Positions 14,037 through 27,020 of a stretch of DNA of 64,000 nt are shown in pieces. The notes under the pieces were generated by a model. That model made no database searches. It worked only from the letters and a program-made list of their open reading frames with translations, and had not been told where the DNA came from. The position numbers and the translations under genes are program-made. Within the stretch, counting starts at the first letter, position 1. Each line of letters begins with the position of its first letter. Source of the DNA: Octopus vulgaris (Eukaryota); contig OX597820.1 in the NCBI GenBank assembly GCA_951406725.2, positions 74,896,001-74,960,000 of the forward strand, written 5' to 3'.

Positions 14037-14318
14037 TGTATGTTCCTTCTCGAGCCATTCCTGGCTCATAAGGGCCGGTTTCCCGGTTTCCTTAGCGTAA
14101 CGGTTCCCCCACTTGGACTGGACGCCGGTCCGTCGCAGGTGAGCTGCTATATGGAGGAGGAAAGAGTGAGAGAAAGTCGTGAAAGAGTTAGCAGAAGTTC
14201 GCCATTACCTTCTGCCGAAGTCGCGTGGAGCTTAGGTTTTTCGCTCGGTCTGAGATTCGAGCCCGCGATCCCTTGACCGCGAGGTCGCTGCTCTAACCAC
14301 AAGGCCATGTGCCTCCAC
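14037..14318 (-). mobile_element. Family C-related SINE with 13-bp TSD
   Basis: TACCAGGCTATAT (14024-14036) and TATCAGGCTATAT (14319-14331) flank it; A/B-box-like head on the minus strand. Confidence 0.75.
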
Positions 14319-14780
14319 TATCAGGCTATATAATAAAAAGAAATAATTATTAGGGTCGATTCATTCGAGTAAAATCATGACGGCGGCACTCCAGAATGGC
14401 TGCAGTCCAATGATCGAAGCAAGTAAAGAGAGGAAACCCAAACGTCTTGCTTAAGTCGGTGATTTGAGAGATAATTAATAGCTTTTGCCTTAATGAAAGT
14501 AAGGAAAAGCCATCACTGGTGGTGGAGGTGGTGGTTGCCGTCGTCGTTGTAGTTCGTTCTCGTCGTCGTAGTCGAAGTAGTAATGATTTTGATGATGGTG
14601 GTGATGATAATGGTTATGCTGAAGTGGAATGTAAGTTACCATTGCTGATATTGCCGTTATTTAGTCCCATCTCAATCCGGATCGAACAATAATTAAACGG
14701 ATTCGAACAACAACCTGTTTCTGTCTTTTTATTTTCGTTTGGGGAAGGGTTTCGTAGAATAAAATCTTGTCACATATTAG

Positions 14781-15100
14781 ACACTAGGGTGTGATGTAAG
14801 AGAGATTTGCTGATATTTCCACGTATAAGATACTAGGGTGGGATGCTTGATATTTCCACATATAAAAATACTAGGGTTTGGTACTAGATATTTCTACGTT
14901 TAAGATACTAGGGTGTGATACATAATATTTCCACGAACAAGTCACTAGGATGTGATATGAGAGAGATTTGCTGATGTTTCCACGTATAAGATACTAGGGT
15001 TTGGTACGTGATATTTCCACGTATGAAATACTAGTGTTCGAAACGTGATATTTCTATGTTAGGGTGTGATTTGAGAGAGTTGGCAGGTATTTCCAGCATG
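14781..15100. repeat. Minisatellite, 37-49 bp units
   Basis: About eight units of ATACTAGGGT..GATATTTCCACGTATAAG. Confidence 0.9.
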
Positions 15101-15259
15101 TCGAGTGAAATTAATAAGGCCCCATCATTAATAGTGATAATTATGTGTATTACAATGTTTACTTGTACTTGTAGCTACTTAGCCCTAGGTCAGACCTGAT
15201 CAAGGTAAACCATCCATGTCCTGTCCAGCCTTTGGTACGTTATAACTTTGTTTTTCCTC

Positions 15260-15685
15260 TTCTTTTACTTTTTTCCTGTTATTAAACTATGGTCATGCTG
15301 GATTATCAACTCGAAGAATTTTAGCCGAAAGAATCGAATCCAGTCCATTTTTAAAGCCATGTACATATTCTACCAATTTTTTTGTGAACTGCTAAGCCAC
15401 GGGGACGTAAACATAAGAACACCGGTTTTCAAGTGGTGTTAGAAAACAAAAACAGACACAAAGACACACACACACACACACACACACACAATCTCTCTCT
15501 CTCTGTCTCACACACAAAAATACACACACACATATATGCTTAGACGACGGGCTTCTTTCAGCTTCCGTCTAAAAAATTCGTTCACAAGACTTTGGTCGGC
15601 TCCAGGCTGCCCAAGGTACCATGCAGTGGGACTGAACCGGGAGTCATGTTCTTGGGAAGCAAGCTTCTTACCACACAGCCAGGAC
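15260..15685 (-). mobile_element. SINE family A
   Basis: Reverse complement of the 58981 copy with internal (CA)n. Confidence 0.8.
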
Positions 15686-15714
15686 TAAAATATCTAATGA
15701 GCTAGGTTCTAATA

Positions 15715-16100
15715 TTGGTTTCAAATTTTGGCAAGAGACCAGCAATTTTGAGGTAGGTGTGGGTGAGGTGAGATAAGTTCATTACATCGATTCTTTTGAT
15801 CAACTGGTACTTATTTCATAGACCTCGGAAGAATAGAAAACAAAGTCGACCTTGGCTGAACTTGAACTTAGAACGTAAAGACGGACGAAATACTAGTGTC
15901 AACTTTTGGCACAAGACCAACAATTTCGGGGAGGAGATAAGTTGAGTACATGGACCCAGTATTCTACTGGTACTTATTTTATAATCTCCGAAAGGATGAC
16001 AGTAAAAGCCAACCTGGGTACGATTTGAACTCAGTAAAGACAGACAAAATATTGCGAAACAATTTGCCCGACGCTCTAACTATTCTGCCAGCTCGCCGCC
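15715..16100 (-). mobile_element. Two tandem SINE family B copies
   Basis: Repeated CTGGTACTTATTT..AAAGTCGACC..GAACT motifs; head CTGCCAGCTCGCCGCC. Confidence 0.75.
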
Positions 16101-16502
16101 CTATGCTGGATTGTAATATTGGTTGTGATGGTGATGCAGTTGATAGCCATTATGATGGTGTTGTTAGTAAGGGATGCGGGAGGCGATGATTGCTTGCTAG
16201 CTGACTGGCTGGCTGGCTTGGTGGATGGTAATGTGACAATGGTGTTCCTGGCTGTGCTGAGCTGATGCCAGCTGCCGATGAGTCATACAGTTTTCCCCAG
16301 TTTTTAATGTCTTACCTCTTCCACCATCGACAACACACAAAACACCCAACGCCCTCATACGCACACACACACACACACACACACACACCTATCTTCTCAC
16401 ACACACACACGGACACACATATACACGCCCTCATTCACGCATATATTTCTCAAGCACATCGCGCTAAACTCGTCCTTCCATTTCAGGTCGCTTCATAGAA
16501 TT

Positions 16503-16826
16503 TCATCAACATCAGCAACATCAGCAACATCATCATCATCATCATCATCATCATCGTCGTCGTCGTCGTCGTCGTCGTCGTTGTTATTGTCGCTATCGCC
16601 ATCTTCCCCTCCGTCGCTGCCACCATCACTGCCACTAAAACCAAAACCACCACCACACTACCACCACCACCACCACACTACCCATTACTACCATGGCTAC
16701 TACCACCAACATTATTACCATCACCACCACCATATCATCATCAGCATCATCACCACCACCACCACCACCACCACCATCACCTCCATCATCATCTCCATCA
16801 TCATCATCATCATCATCATCATTATT

Positions 16827-16863
<37 letters not shown>

Positions 16864-16865
16864 CT

Positions 16866-16926
<61 letters not shown>

Positions 16927-17126
16927 CTATCATCATCACCATCATCACCATCATCATCGTCGTCGTCTTCGTCGTCGTCGTCTTCGTCGTCGTCATCATC
17001 TTCAATATTATCACCATTATCGTCACCAACAGCATTATTATCCAATTTCAGCTTATATTGTCTCCAAGATTCCGATTCCTTTTGCCCCATTGTTAAGAAG
17101 CTTGTTGATATTGTTGTTGTTGCTAA

Positions 17127-17207
<81 letters not shown>

Positions 17208-17210
17208 TGT
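16503..17210. repeat. Compound (CAT)n/(CGT)n/(CAC)n/(ATT)n array
   Basis: Seen directly; produces poly-D/S/I/M ORFs. Confidence 0.95.
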
Positions 17211-18212
17211 ATTTGTTGCCCTCCTTCTGGCTGTTATAATAGTTATTTTCTTTTATTTCTTTTTCTTTTACTTTTTATAGCTTTATTTTGGCTTCTTTCT
17301 CCTTCTCTCCTTCTCTCCCCCCTCTACCTCTCTCCTTCCATATTTCCTCCAGTGATTTCGTTCCTTGCACATATATATCCCCCCACCACTTCTCAAATCC
17401 CTACCAAGCCCTCTTCCAGCCATCACTGTCTTCTTCGACTCCATAGCCCAGTCCTTTTTAGAAACCACTTGCTCGCCTCAAGACGAAGGCTGCCTGTAGA
17501 AGAATGTCACATTTCTTAGCTTCTGTAACCTTCCTAACCTCACCTCATTCGCCCCACCGAACCCTTTAAATCTTCTTCCCATTACTTCTGTTCGCCCGTC
17601 CCTCACCCAATCCTTCTTGTATTGCATTCCATCGCATTACATTACACCGCTTTGCTTTCCTTTCCATTGCTTTGCTTTACATTGTATTGAATGGCAGGCA
17701 CCATCTTATCCAGAAACACACCCCAACCAGCCTAACAAACCTCCGCTGTCTCTACCAAACATTCCATTAGACTGCCGTGATAAGCAACCTAACATCTGAG
17801 ACGTGAAATGCAATTGGTTATTAACGAGAAGAGAAAATGTCACGTGAATGTCTAGAAGATGGAAATTGATGCTGGTAGAAAACGGAAATGCTAGTGTTGG
17901 TTCTTGGTGTTGAGGGTGTTAGTAGCAATGTTGATTACAGTGGTTGTATTAACGATTTGGTTTATCCCCATAATTCAACTCTTAAGCAAGGCGTTCCACC
18001 ACTGCCTATCCTGTCTTTTTGTATTTAGTGTTCCTAGGAAATTATACTGGAAAAATAAAACGAAGCAATGCAAAAAACGGAAGTATTAGCGCTGGTTATC
18101 TTTGCTATTAAAGTTATGCAAGGCGTTCCATCACTGCCTATCTCTACTTTCATTTACTGTTCCTACAAAATTATACTGACATAAAACGAAAGTGCTGCCG
18201 CTGGTTATTAGT

Positions 18213-18835
18213 AGCGGTGAGCTGATAGAATCGTTAGTACACTGGCCGAAATGCTTAGCGCTATTTCACCCGTCGCTATATTCCGAGTTCAAATTCCACC
18301 GAGGTCGACTTTGCTTTTCATCCTTTAGGGTCGATAAATTAAGTACCAGTTGTGTACGGGGGTCGATCTAATCGACTGGTGCCCTCCCCCAAAATTTCGG
18401 TCCCTATGTGCCTAGAGTTGAAAAGATTAGAGGGGTGAGCTGGCAAAATTGTTAAAACGCTAAACAAAATTGCTTAGCAGCATTTCGTCCGCTTTTCTGC
18501 ACAGAGTTCAAAGTCTGCGGAGGTCGACTTTATCTTTCATCCTTTCGGGATTCGATAACATAAGTACCAGTTGATTACTGAGGTCGATGTAATGAACCTA
18601 TCTCCCCTCGCCAAATCAATTTTGTGGTGGCTATTAAAGCGGTGAAGCAGGCCGGATGAAATGCTAAGGGGTGTTTCGTTATATTTTGTTCTGAGTTCAA
18701 ATGCTGCCAATGTCAACTTGCCCTTTTCTCCTTTGAGGGTCGATAAAATACGTACCAGCTGAGGACTAGGGTCGATGGAATCATCTTAACCACCTCATCT
18801 CAACATGTTGGCCTTCTGCTAAAATTTACAACCAA
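18213..18835 (+). mobile_element. Three head-to-tail SINE family B copies
   Basis: Heads near 18213, 18432 and 18639, each with a GAGTTCAAA B box and the conserved middle. Confidence 0.85.
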
Positions 18836-20704
18836 TATTGTGCTGATTATTAGCGCTGACTCTTTTGCGTTGTTAGTGTGATAGCGTTGGAGAAGGTTGC
18901 ATTAACACTTTTGGTTTATCCATCAATTTGCTCTTCAAAAAGGCTTTCCGCCCCTGCCCATCATGTCTTATACTCTTTGTCCCTAGATAATTATGCTGGT
19001 GGGAAGTGGATATTTTGGCGTGAGTATATGCGTATTTTTTGTGATAGTGGTTACGTAGAAAGTAAGTGTGGTTGTTATGGCATTTCCGATTATCGACTCT
19101 AAACAAAGCGTTCCATCAATGCCCATCCTGCATTTTATTCAGTATTTCTAGAAAATTAAGCTGGAATAAAGCGAATACGTTGGCGCTATTTATTTGCAGT
19201 GTTGATGACGGCGATGAGGTTCGAAACGGTAAACGTCGGGCTGTATTGTATTCTTTTATACACTGTGGGAAGTCAGAAATTGCATTGAGAGTATTTCTGT
19301 GTTTTTTGAAATATTTTTGGATAGCTACTTTCACTATAATAAATGGGCCTTTTCATTTAAGTACCTAAAACCATGTTTTGCTATTTTCAAAATAATGTTT
19401 TTGTGTATCAGGTTTTTCTTTAAGGTTGTGAATCTCACCTTGTTTAGAATATTGTAAATAAAGAATGAAAAAAAAACCCCTCCAGTATTGTTCAGTATTC
19501 TTTGCGGGTTGGAACAAAACAGATAAGTGTGGAAGATCCACAATTCTGGATAGCATACCGAATGTTATTTAGAATGCTTATTTTTGCCCAAAGCAAGCTT
19601 CGAGACGTAATGAAATGTGCGCAAACCATCGATCTATACTGGAAAGATGGTTATGCGTTTGAATATGTTACAATCCTTTAGCTATTCTCGAAATATTGAA
19701 AGAGCTGAAGAAGCAATCCTGTTGCTGTTGTATCTGCTTCATTGATAGGAAAGTTGAGAGAACTGAAATTCTTCAGCAATGAAGTTAAAAGACTGGAATT
19801 AAGTATGGAAAGATTTCTGAATTACCGTACATCTGAAGAAGCATGCTCAGTGTAGCAATTATTTGGTTCTTAGAGAAAATCAGTGTCACAACGAAAGCGT
19901 GAATGCTTCGTTTACCGAAGCTGTAGCGAAATATGTTTACAAAAAACGGTGACTGTTCATAGCCAGTGCAACGTAACGTTTCGAAGTGTTTTACTTCAAA
20001 ACGAAAATCGCTATTCATCTCTATCTTATGAACACTCGGAACAAAGAAAATATAGAACCTCCCCAACCCCACAAAAAAACAACAACAAAAAAACAAACAA
20101 AACAAGTCAACAATCATGCAACCACTTTTTGAAATCAACAATGTAGAATTTAATTATGATGATTTCAAAAACTTCTTTTTATGTATTGACTGTGAATATG
20201 CAAAATATGTTTGATACGCTTATTGGAAACGAAAGCGCTTCGTCTTCGTTACCAGGAGGTTGAATTACCTTACTCGACGAACAGGATTACAAAAAGAAAG
20301 TTTAAAGGATATCCAACAAACTTTTTACGCAGACTAAAGAATTATTACTATTCCCATTATTCAACTTGGGACTGAAAACGCACTTTCTAATGGCAAATGT
20401 GTTTGAGGACAGAAAAATGTCTCAAGGGATATACATCATGTTTCTAAAGGTCTATGATTCCTAACTCAAGGGCACTGCATTTGATGGGTCACAATTCAAT
20501 GAGATATTGGAGTGAGGATAACTTGAAAGATAGATTAGTAGAATAGACAACGAAACCAGGTAACCACAGCCACGCAGTGGATACCGAGCTTTATGGAAAT
20601 AAACATGAATATACAACATGAAAATAAGCAAGCGCCCTCGCGCGCACACACAGGGGTTCGCATGCATGTAGAAACACATAGACACACCTATTTATTTATT
20701 TATG

Positions 20705-20970
20705 CGCCATTTTCAAGCCTGGTCAGTCTCATGGGCCCAGTTTCCCGGTTTCTGAGGCGTACGTGTTCCTCCCAGATGGACGGGACGCCAGTCCATCGCA
20801 GCGTTACTCAAGAAACGAGGGAGAGAAATTTGTGGCGAAAGAGTACAACATGGGTCCCCTGAGACTCGTGGAGCTTTAGGTGTTTTCGCTCAGTAAACAC
20901 ACGCAACACCCGGTCTGGGAATCGAAACCGCGATCCTCCGCTGCCCTAACCACTGGGCCACTGCGCCTCA
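20705..20970 (-). mobile_element. SINE family C-related
   Basis: Shares CTCATGGGCCC.GTTTCCCGGTTTC..GGGACGCCAGTCCATCGCAGCGTTACTCA and CCTAACCACT with the 9903 copy. Confidence 0.75.
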
Positions 20971-21144
20971 ACAGAGAGATACATACATACAAACATATAT
21001 GTGTTTGTGAAATATAGTTTATATGCATATTAACATGACACACACATGCATGCATACATATATATTTATATCTATATACATGTGTCTGTATGTGTATGTC
21101 TGTGTGTGTGTGTGTGCATATATATATACACACATATATATAGA

Positions 21145-21196
<52 letters not shown>

Positions 21197-21306
21197 TACA
21201 TATATACATATATGTACACATAATACCTATATATATATATATTTATAAATGTATCTATATGTATATCCATCTATCTATCTACCTATCTCCCCCCCTCTCT
21301 CTCTCT

Positions 21307-21354
<48 letters not shown>

Positions 21355-22008
21355 TTTTATCTTTTTTTGGTACACATAATACCTATATATATATATATAT
21401 ATATATATTTATAAATGTATCTGTATGTATATCCATATATCTATCTACCTATCTCCCCCCCTCTCTCTCTCTTTCTCTCTCTTTATATATATATATATAT
21501 ATATTATTTTATCTTTTTTATATATATATATATATATAGGTGTGTTTGTGGGTACATGTACATAGTTCATAAAGCTAGATATCTTATCCAAATAAGTCAT
21601 TTCGTCAGAGAGAAAAGAAATGTCAACTGGTTCTGAAGGATAAATAAATGGGAATCTGTTGTGAAGAATAGTAAGGTGACGAAAAGAAGTGGGGGAAGTG
21701 GTGGCACTCATTAATGGACAGGATGAGAAAATATAAGGGAACGCGTGAGGATTTGATAAACCTTGAGCGATGGAGGAGAGCTAATTAGGCGCCTATTGAA
21801 ACGTACCTCATTTTCATTCACAATAGGCTATGTATACATATACATACATAGATACACACACGCTCTCTCTCTCACACACATACACACATACACGCACACA
21901 CATGCGAATGCATACGCGCACACACACAGACATACGTACGTACATATGTATTTACATACATGCATATATACATATGTGCACACACACACACACATATATA
22001 TATATACA

Positions 22009-22196
22009 CTTTTACTCTTTTACTTGTTTCAGTCATTTGACTTGCGGCCATGCTGGAGCACCGATTTGGTCGAGTAAATCGACCCCAGGACTTATTCTTT
22101 GTAAGCCTAGTACATATTCTATCAGTCTCTTTTGCCGCTAAGTTACGGGGGCGTAAACACACCAGCATCGGTTGTCAAGCAATGTTAGCGGGACAA

Positions 22197-22227
<31 letters not shown>

Positions 22228-22405
22228 CATATATACATATATAAACGGGCTTCTTTCAGTTTCCGTCTACCAAATCCACTGACAAAGCTTTGGTCGGCCA
22301 GAGGATATAGCAGAAGACACATGCCCAAGGTTCCACGCAATGGGATTGAACCCAGAACCATGTGGTTGGTAAGTAAGCTATTTACCACACAGCCACGCTT
22401 GCGCC
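22009..22405 (-). mobile_element. SINE family A, full length
   Basis: Collinear reverse complement of 58981-59399. Confidence 0.9.
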
Positions 22406-22674
22406 TATGTATATATGTTGTGCAAGGACAAAAGAATGCGATAAGATACAAAAAGAAAACAGGACAAGTTAAAACAATTTGTAGTTTTTGCCTTATATCT
22501 CTGTATTTCGGGGATCCATGTCACCTCTTTCAGGACATATAGAAGAACAAGCGAAGAAAAGGGTTGTTTCTCAGATGTGAGAGAGGAGGAGGGTGAACGA
22601 CAAAGAGGGATGCTGATATGCACAGACTTTTATTGCAGTAGTAACCAACCTGCTTCATTTATGTACACGTAATG

Positions 22675-22758
<84 letters not shown>

Positions 22759-22789
22759 TGTATGTATGTATGTATGTATGTATGTATGT

Positions 22790-23021
22790 ATATTTCTTTA
22801 TTGCCCACAAGGGGCTAAACATAGAGGGGACAAACAAGGACAGACAAAGGGATTAAGTTGTTTACATCGACTCCAGTGCGTAACTGGTACTTAATTTATC
22901 GACCCCGTTAGGATGAAAGGCAAAGTCGACCTTGGCGGAATTTGAACTCACAACGTAACGACAGACGAGATACGGCTACGCATTTCGCCCGGCGTGCTAA
23001 CGTTTCTGCCAGCTCGCCGCC
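22790..23021 (-). mobile_element. SINE family B, variant tail (type 2)
   Basis: Tail TATTTCTTTATTGCCCACAAGGGGCTAAACATAGAGGGG next to (TATG)n; intact head. Confidence 0.85.
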
Positions 23022-23064
23022 ATTTATATATATATGTATATTGTCACCACACAGTATAAAATTA

Positions 23065-23390
23065 ACGGTGGAACTCGAAGCAATCGAACGAAGTCGGGAA
23101 AGATATGCCGTGCTACACATCTAGAAAATCTTAGAAGTCCTTGTACCAAACTTTGACATTGAGAGACCTACAAAGTGTGGATGTAGGTGTCTTCAAAACA
23201 AAACTGGATTTCCTGCTGTTAAGGGTTCCAGATGAGCCATCTTCACAGAAGGAAATACAGATGAGGGCAGCAGAATCAACCTTTCTTATTCACCAAATGC
23301 CACATATCAGAGGATTTTTCAAACAATGGTGTAGCACAGTCAACAGTGGTGCACCAGCATGAACGCAGCTTTGAAGCTGAAACAATTTAA
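23065..23390 (+). mobile_element. CR1-group LINE 3' fragment
   Basis: Peptides IERSRERYAVLHI*KILEVLVPNFDI and VFKTKLDFLLLRVPDEP..RAAES, typical of the ORF2 C-terminus. Confidence 0.7.
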
Positions 23391-23461
23391 AGGTTTAAAG
23401 AGATCAAAGATTTATATATATATCCCTCCTTCTCTCCCTTTTTCTCTCTCTCTCTCAACCA

Positions 23462-23745
23462 TTGTTGTAACGTTTAGTAGATATGAGCGATGGGTTACTG
23501 GCCCGTCAAAAGTGTATGGTCCAATAACATGACGCTCATTAAGTGCTGCCCACATAATGAAATGCGGAGTGTTGTATTCAGTTTCTATATAATGAAGATT
23601 CTCTTTTACCCAGAAGTAAATATTTCTTGCCCGACTCGAGCAGTAATCTGTGCACTCGTAGGTTAACATCACTTTTCCTCGAGAAGGAATCGTATTGAAT
23701 AACATAATAACGTATGGACGGGTAGGGACTTATGGGCCTCCCTGT
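23462..23745 (-). mobile_element. Tc1/mariner-superfamily transposase relic
   Basis: VMLTYEC..RNIYFWVKEN..PHFIMWAAL..IGPYTFDGPV..SYL; TIR-like GGGACTTATGGGCCTCCCTG|TA. Confidence 0.65.
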
Positions 23746-23759
23746 ATATATGCGTGTGC

Positions 23760-23790
<31 letters not shown>

Positions 23791-23874
23791 TGTATGTATT
23801 TATGTATGTATGTATTTATGTATGTATGTATGTATGTATGTATGTATGCATGTATGTATATTTCTTCTGCATAT

Positions 23875-24245
23875 CACAGGCAGAAACCAAGGCTGCGATT
23901 TAAGGACTGTGTCAAGTCCTCATTAAAGGCCTGTGATATGCAGGAGACTAACTGGGAGAATAATGCCTGTCATTGCCACAGATGGAGGAATAAGGTTAAG
24001 GAGGGAGTCGGCACCTTTGTGAGAGCATGTATTCTGCATGAAGAACTTAACCGTGCTGCTCGAAAGCGCACCGCTTGTGTAGTGAATGAGGAAAGATTGA
24101 TTTGCAATGTTTGCAGTCGTGTATGTTTGTCAAGAGCAGGGCTCATTAGACACCAACGGAAACGCAAATACAAAATATATGAGCGCACAATGTTCCTGAA
24201 GGTTAGCAATGGTCTTCCTCGGTCACGAAAGGACGACCATCATGT
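23875..24245 (+). mobile_element. RTE-clade LINE 3' fragment
   Basis: KPRLRFKDCVKSSLK..WENNA..WRNKVKEG..CNVCSRVCLSRAGLIRHQR (C-terminal zinc-finger-like motif). Confidence 0.75.
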
Positions 24246-24354
24246 ATATAAGTGTGTAAGTATATATATATACGCAAACACACACAACCATAAAAATATA
24301 TCCCTGAAATATGTGTAATCACATTCCCCCATGCTCTACTCTAACTGCTTTAAC

Positions 24355-24758
24355 AATTTCATATAAGGGCAGACAGCTTCATTGCTTGCTTCTTTTATAT
24401 CGACCCCAAAATGATGAAAGGAAAAGTCGACCTCGGTGGGGTTTGAACTCAGAACATAAAAAAACGGACGGAATACTACTAAGCATTTTGCCCGGCGTTT
24501 TAAAAATTCTGCCACCTCACCGCCTTATAATAATATTTTAAGAATCTTTTCTACTCTATTCTCAATGCTTGAAATCTTTGGGGACGGGGTCAGTCGATTA
24601 GATCCTCCCCAGTACGCAACTGGTACTTAATTTATCGACTCCGAAAGGATGAAAGGCAAAGTCAACATCGGCGGAATTTGAACTCAAAACGTAAAGACAG
24701 ACGAAATACCGCTAGGCATTTCGCCCGGCGTGCTAACGTTTCTGCCAGCTCGCCGCCT
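24355..24758 (-). mobile_element. Two tandem SINE family B copies
   Basis: Conserved B-family motifs occur twice. Confidence 0.85.
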
Positions 24759-25310
24759 TTCTACAAACATAATACCCTATACTACTACCTCGTTTTATCC
24801 ACTCTGAACTTCATAGTTCTAGTTCTCCCTTTTCTCAAGCGAGAAATTTTTCTCGGCGACAAACTTCAGTGTAAGACCTTTAAGATTTAGCGTGTTTGAA
24901 ACATATTCCAACTGCTCCTTAAATGTGTATTCTTTCTGTCTCTGCTTCGTGTATCTACTCTGAAATATGTTCAAGACTCGCGACGAATGTACAGTATATC
25001 AGTTTAAAATATCGGCTGATGTACGATGACTGAATCAAAACTGTCAGTCAATTAAGAGCTGCGATTTATGGTATCTGGTACTGAGGAGAACGAGTTCGAA
25101 TTTCATCTATCATTCCAATAGAAGACGCTCTGATCTCACTTCAGTGTTTTAACATCTTATTGTCATGAGGAAGAATAGCTTCCCACGACAAACTACAGTG
25201 AAATTCCTTTACAGGCTGAAATATTTCTCAAACATATTTGAACTCGTCATAAGTTTGTATTCATGCATATACACCAATACATACATAACACATACATGTG
25301 TACACATATA

Positions 25311-25537
25311 TATAGGGTTGGCCAAAAGCACCCGACAGTAAATCAAAATTCCATAAATACTTGATATTCAATTTATTTTATTCATTCCAGTTATGAACGT
25401 TTAATAATTGAATGCGGTGAGTTAAAATCGCCATTTGTCTATTTATTAGCGAAATCTCATATAAAATAATTGTTTGTTTTCATCTTGGAATTAAATGGTC
25501 TTGATTTATTGTCAGTTGACTTTTGACTAACCATGTA
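25311..25537. mobile_element. Tc1/mariner-type MITE
   Basis: Degenerate TIRs TATAGGGTTGGCCAAAAGCACCCGACAGTAAATCAA and TTGATTTATTGTCAGTTGACTTTTGACTAACCATGTA; TA flanks. Confidence 0.65.
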
Positions 25538-25616
25538 TATATGTGTGTGTGTGTGTGTGTGTACGAATACGTCATGCGCCCATGAAATACATGCAAATAT
25601 ACACTCCCTCACGATT

Positions 25617-25672
<56 letters not shown>

Positions 25673-26424
25673 ATACACGCACAAGCACACATGCATACAA
25701 ACACACACAGACATATGTAAGCGAAATAAGCTCATATAACACCCCTGGTTGCAACAATATTTTAATCTTTAGCTAATTAATATGCGCATTACGGAACAAT
25801 TAATACCCTCCTATGTGTTCGTTAGATCGAATTGAAACAGATGTTGAATCTAACTGAAATCATTTATCACTGTTATGAAACAGGACACATTGTATGATAT
25901 TGTCCTTGATATTGCACGACACCTAAACAGATAAAGAAAAAGGGGAGAACGGCCACGACTATAGAGATTTTGATCATAAACTTGTGATAAACACCGTACT
26001 GAATAACAACAGCGATGTTTCTTTAGGCCACAAACATCAAAGAGACATGTCTCAAAACACTCATGTATACTTATTTCTACTATGTTAGACACTCTACGAA
26101 TAAATCATAAAGTATACATTGTTTTGTTAAAGTGTAATTACATTTCACCTTCGTAAATAACTTATATAGTATGACATTACGTGGGAGCTTGACTTAAGTC
26201 AACAACCAACGTATTTCTCCTTCCGATTTAATAAAGAAAAAAGAAAAACAAACATACAAAAAAAACAAGTATCGATAATGAGATAATACTTCAAGAAACA
26301 AAAGCACCATTAACAACTACATCTCTCTTTATATCTGTCATCTTTGTTCAGTTTCCTTCACTGCCTCCCTTAGTCTTGCGTCGGTTTCTAAACTTAGGCT
26401 GGTGACCATAAATTTCTATTTACA

Positions 26425-27020
26425 TTAGTTTCAAATTTTAGCACAAGGCTAGCAATTTTCAGGGGAGAGTAAGTCTGTTAAATCGATCCTAGTGCTCAAC
26501 TGATATTTATTTTATCGACCCTGTAAGGATAAAAGGAAAAGTCGACATCCGAGTTTTTTTTTTTCTTCTCTAGGCAAAAGGCTCGAAATTTTTTGCGGGA
26601 GGGACCAGTCAAGTAGATGAATCCCAGTACGTACATGTTACTTAAATTATCGACCACGAAAGGATGAAAAGCGAAGTCGACATCGGCGGAATTTGAACTC
26701 AGAACGTACAGACAGACGAAAGTCCGCTAAGCACTTCGCCCGGCATGCTAACGATTCCTCCAGCTCGCCGCCTTTTTAAATATTTTGTATACCCTTTTCT
26801 ACTGTAGGCGCAAGGCCCGAAATGTTGGGGGAGGAGACCAGACGATTAGATCGAGCCCACTACGTATCTGGTACTTAATTTATCGACCCCGAAAGGATGA
26901 AAGGCAAAGTTGACCTTAGCGGAATTTGAACTCAGAACATTTCTGCCAGCTCGCCGCACAGAATGTATAGACGGACGAAATATCGCCCGGTGAGCTAACG
27001 ATTCTGCCAACTCGCCGTCT
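26425..27020 (-). mobile_element. Three tandem SINE family B copies
   Basis: Conserved motifs; last copy has an internal rearrangement. Confidence 0.85.

Larger units (their letters stand above)
13499..14430 (+). mobile_element. tRNA-derived SINE, family A, hosting two nested insertions
   Basis: Head GGCGTGGCTGTGTGGTAA..GGTTCAGTC and tail CCAGAATGGCTGCAGTC..AAGTAAA; collinear with the clean copy at 58981. Confidence 0.8.

Noticed and set aside
14781-15100. CRISPR-like periodicity (~37-bp units)
   Set aside because: Units are contiguous and mutually homologous with no unique spacers; no cas genes; eukaryotic context.
16635-17090. Poly-Asp acidic protein ORF (biomineralisation-like)
   Set aside because: Pure (GAT)n/(GGT)n microsatellite that is open in several frames; no signal peptide or exon evidence.
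19560-20150. Coding-looking unique segment
   Set aside because: The frame I translated hits repeated stops, the listed ORFs are short, and I recognised no protein motif.
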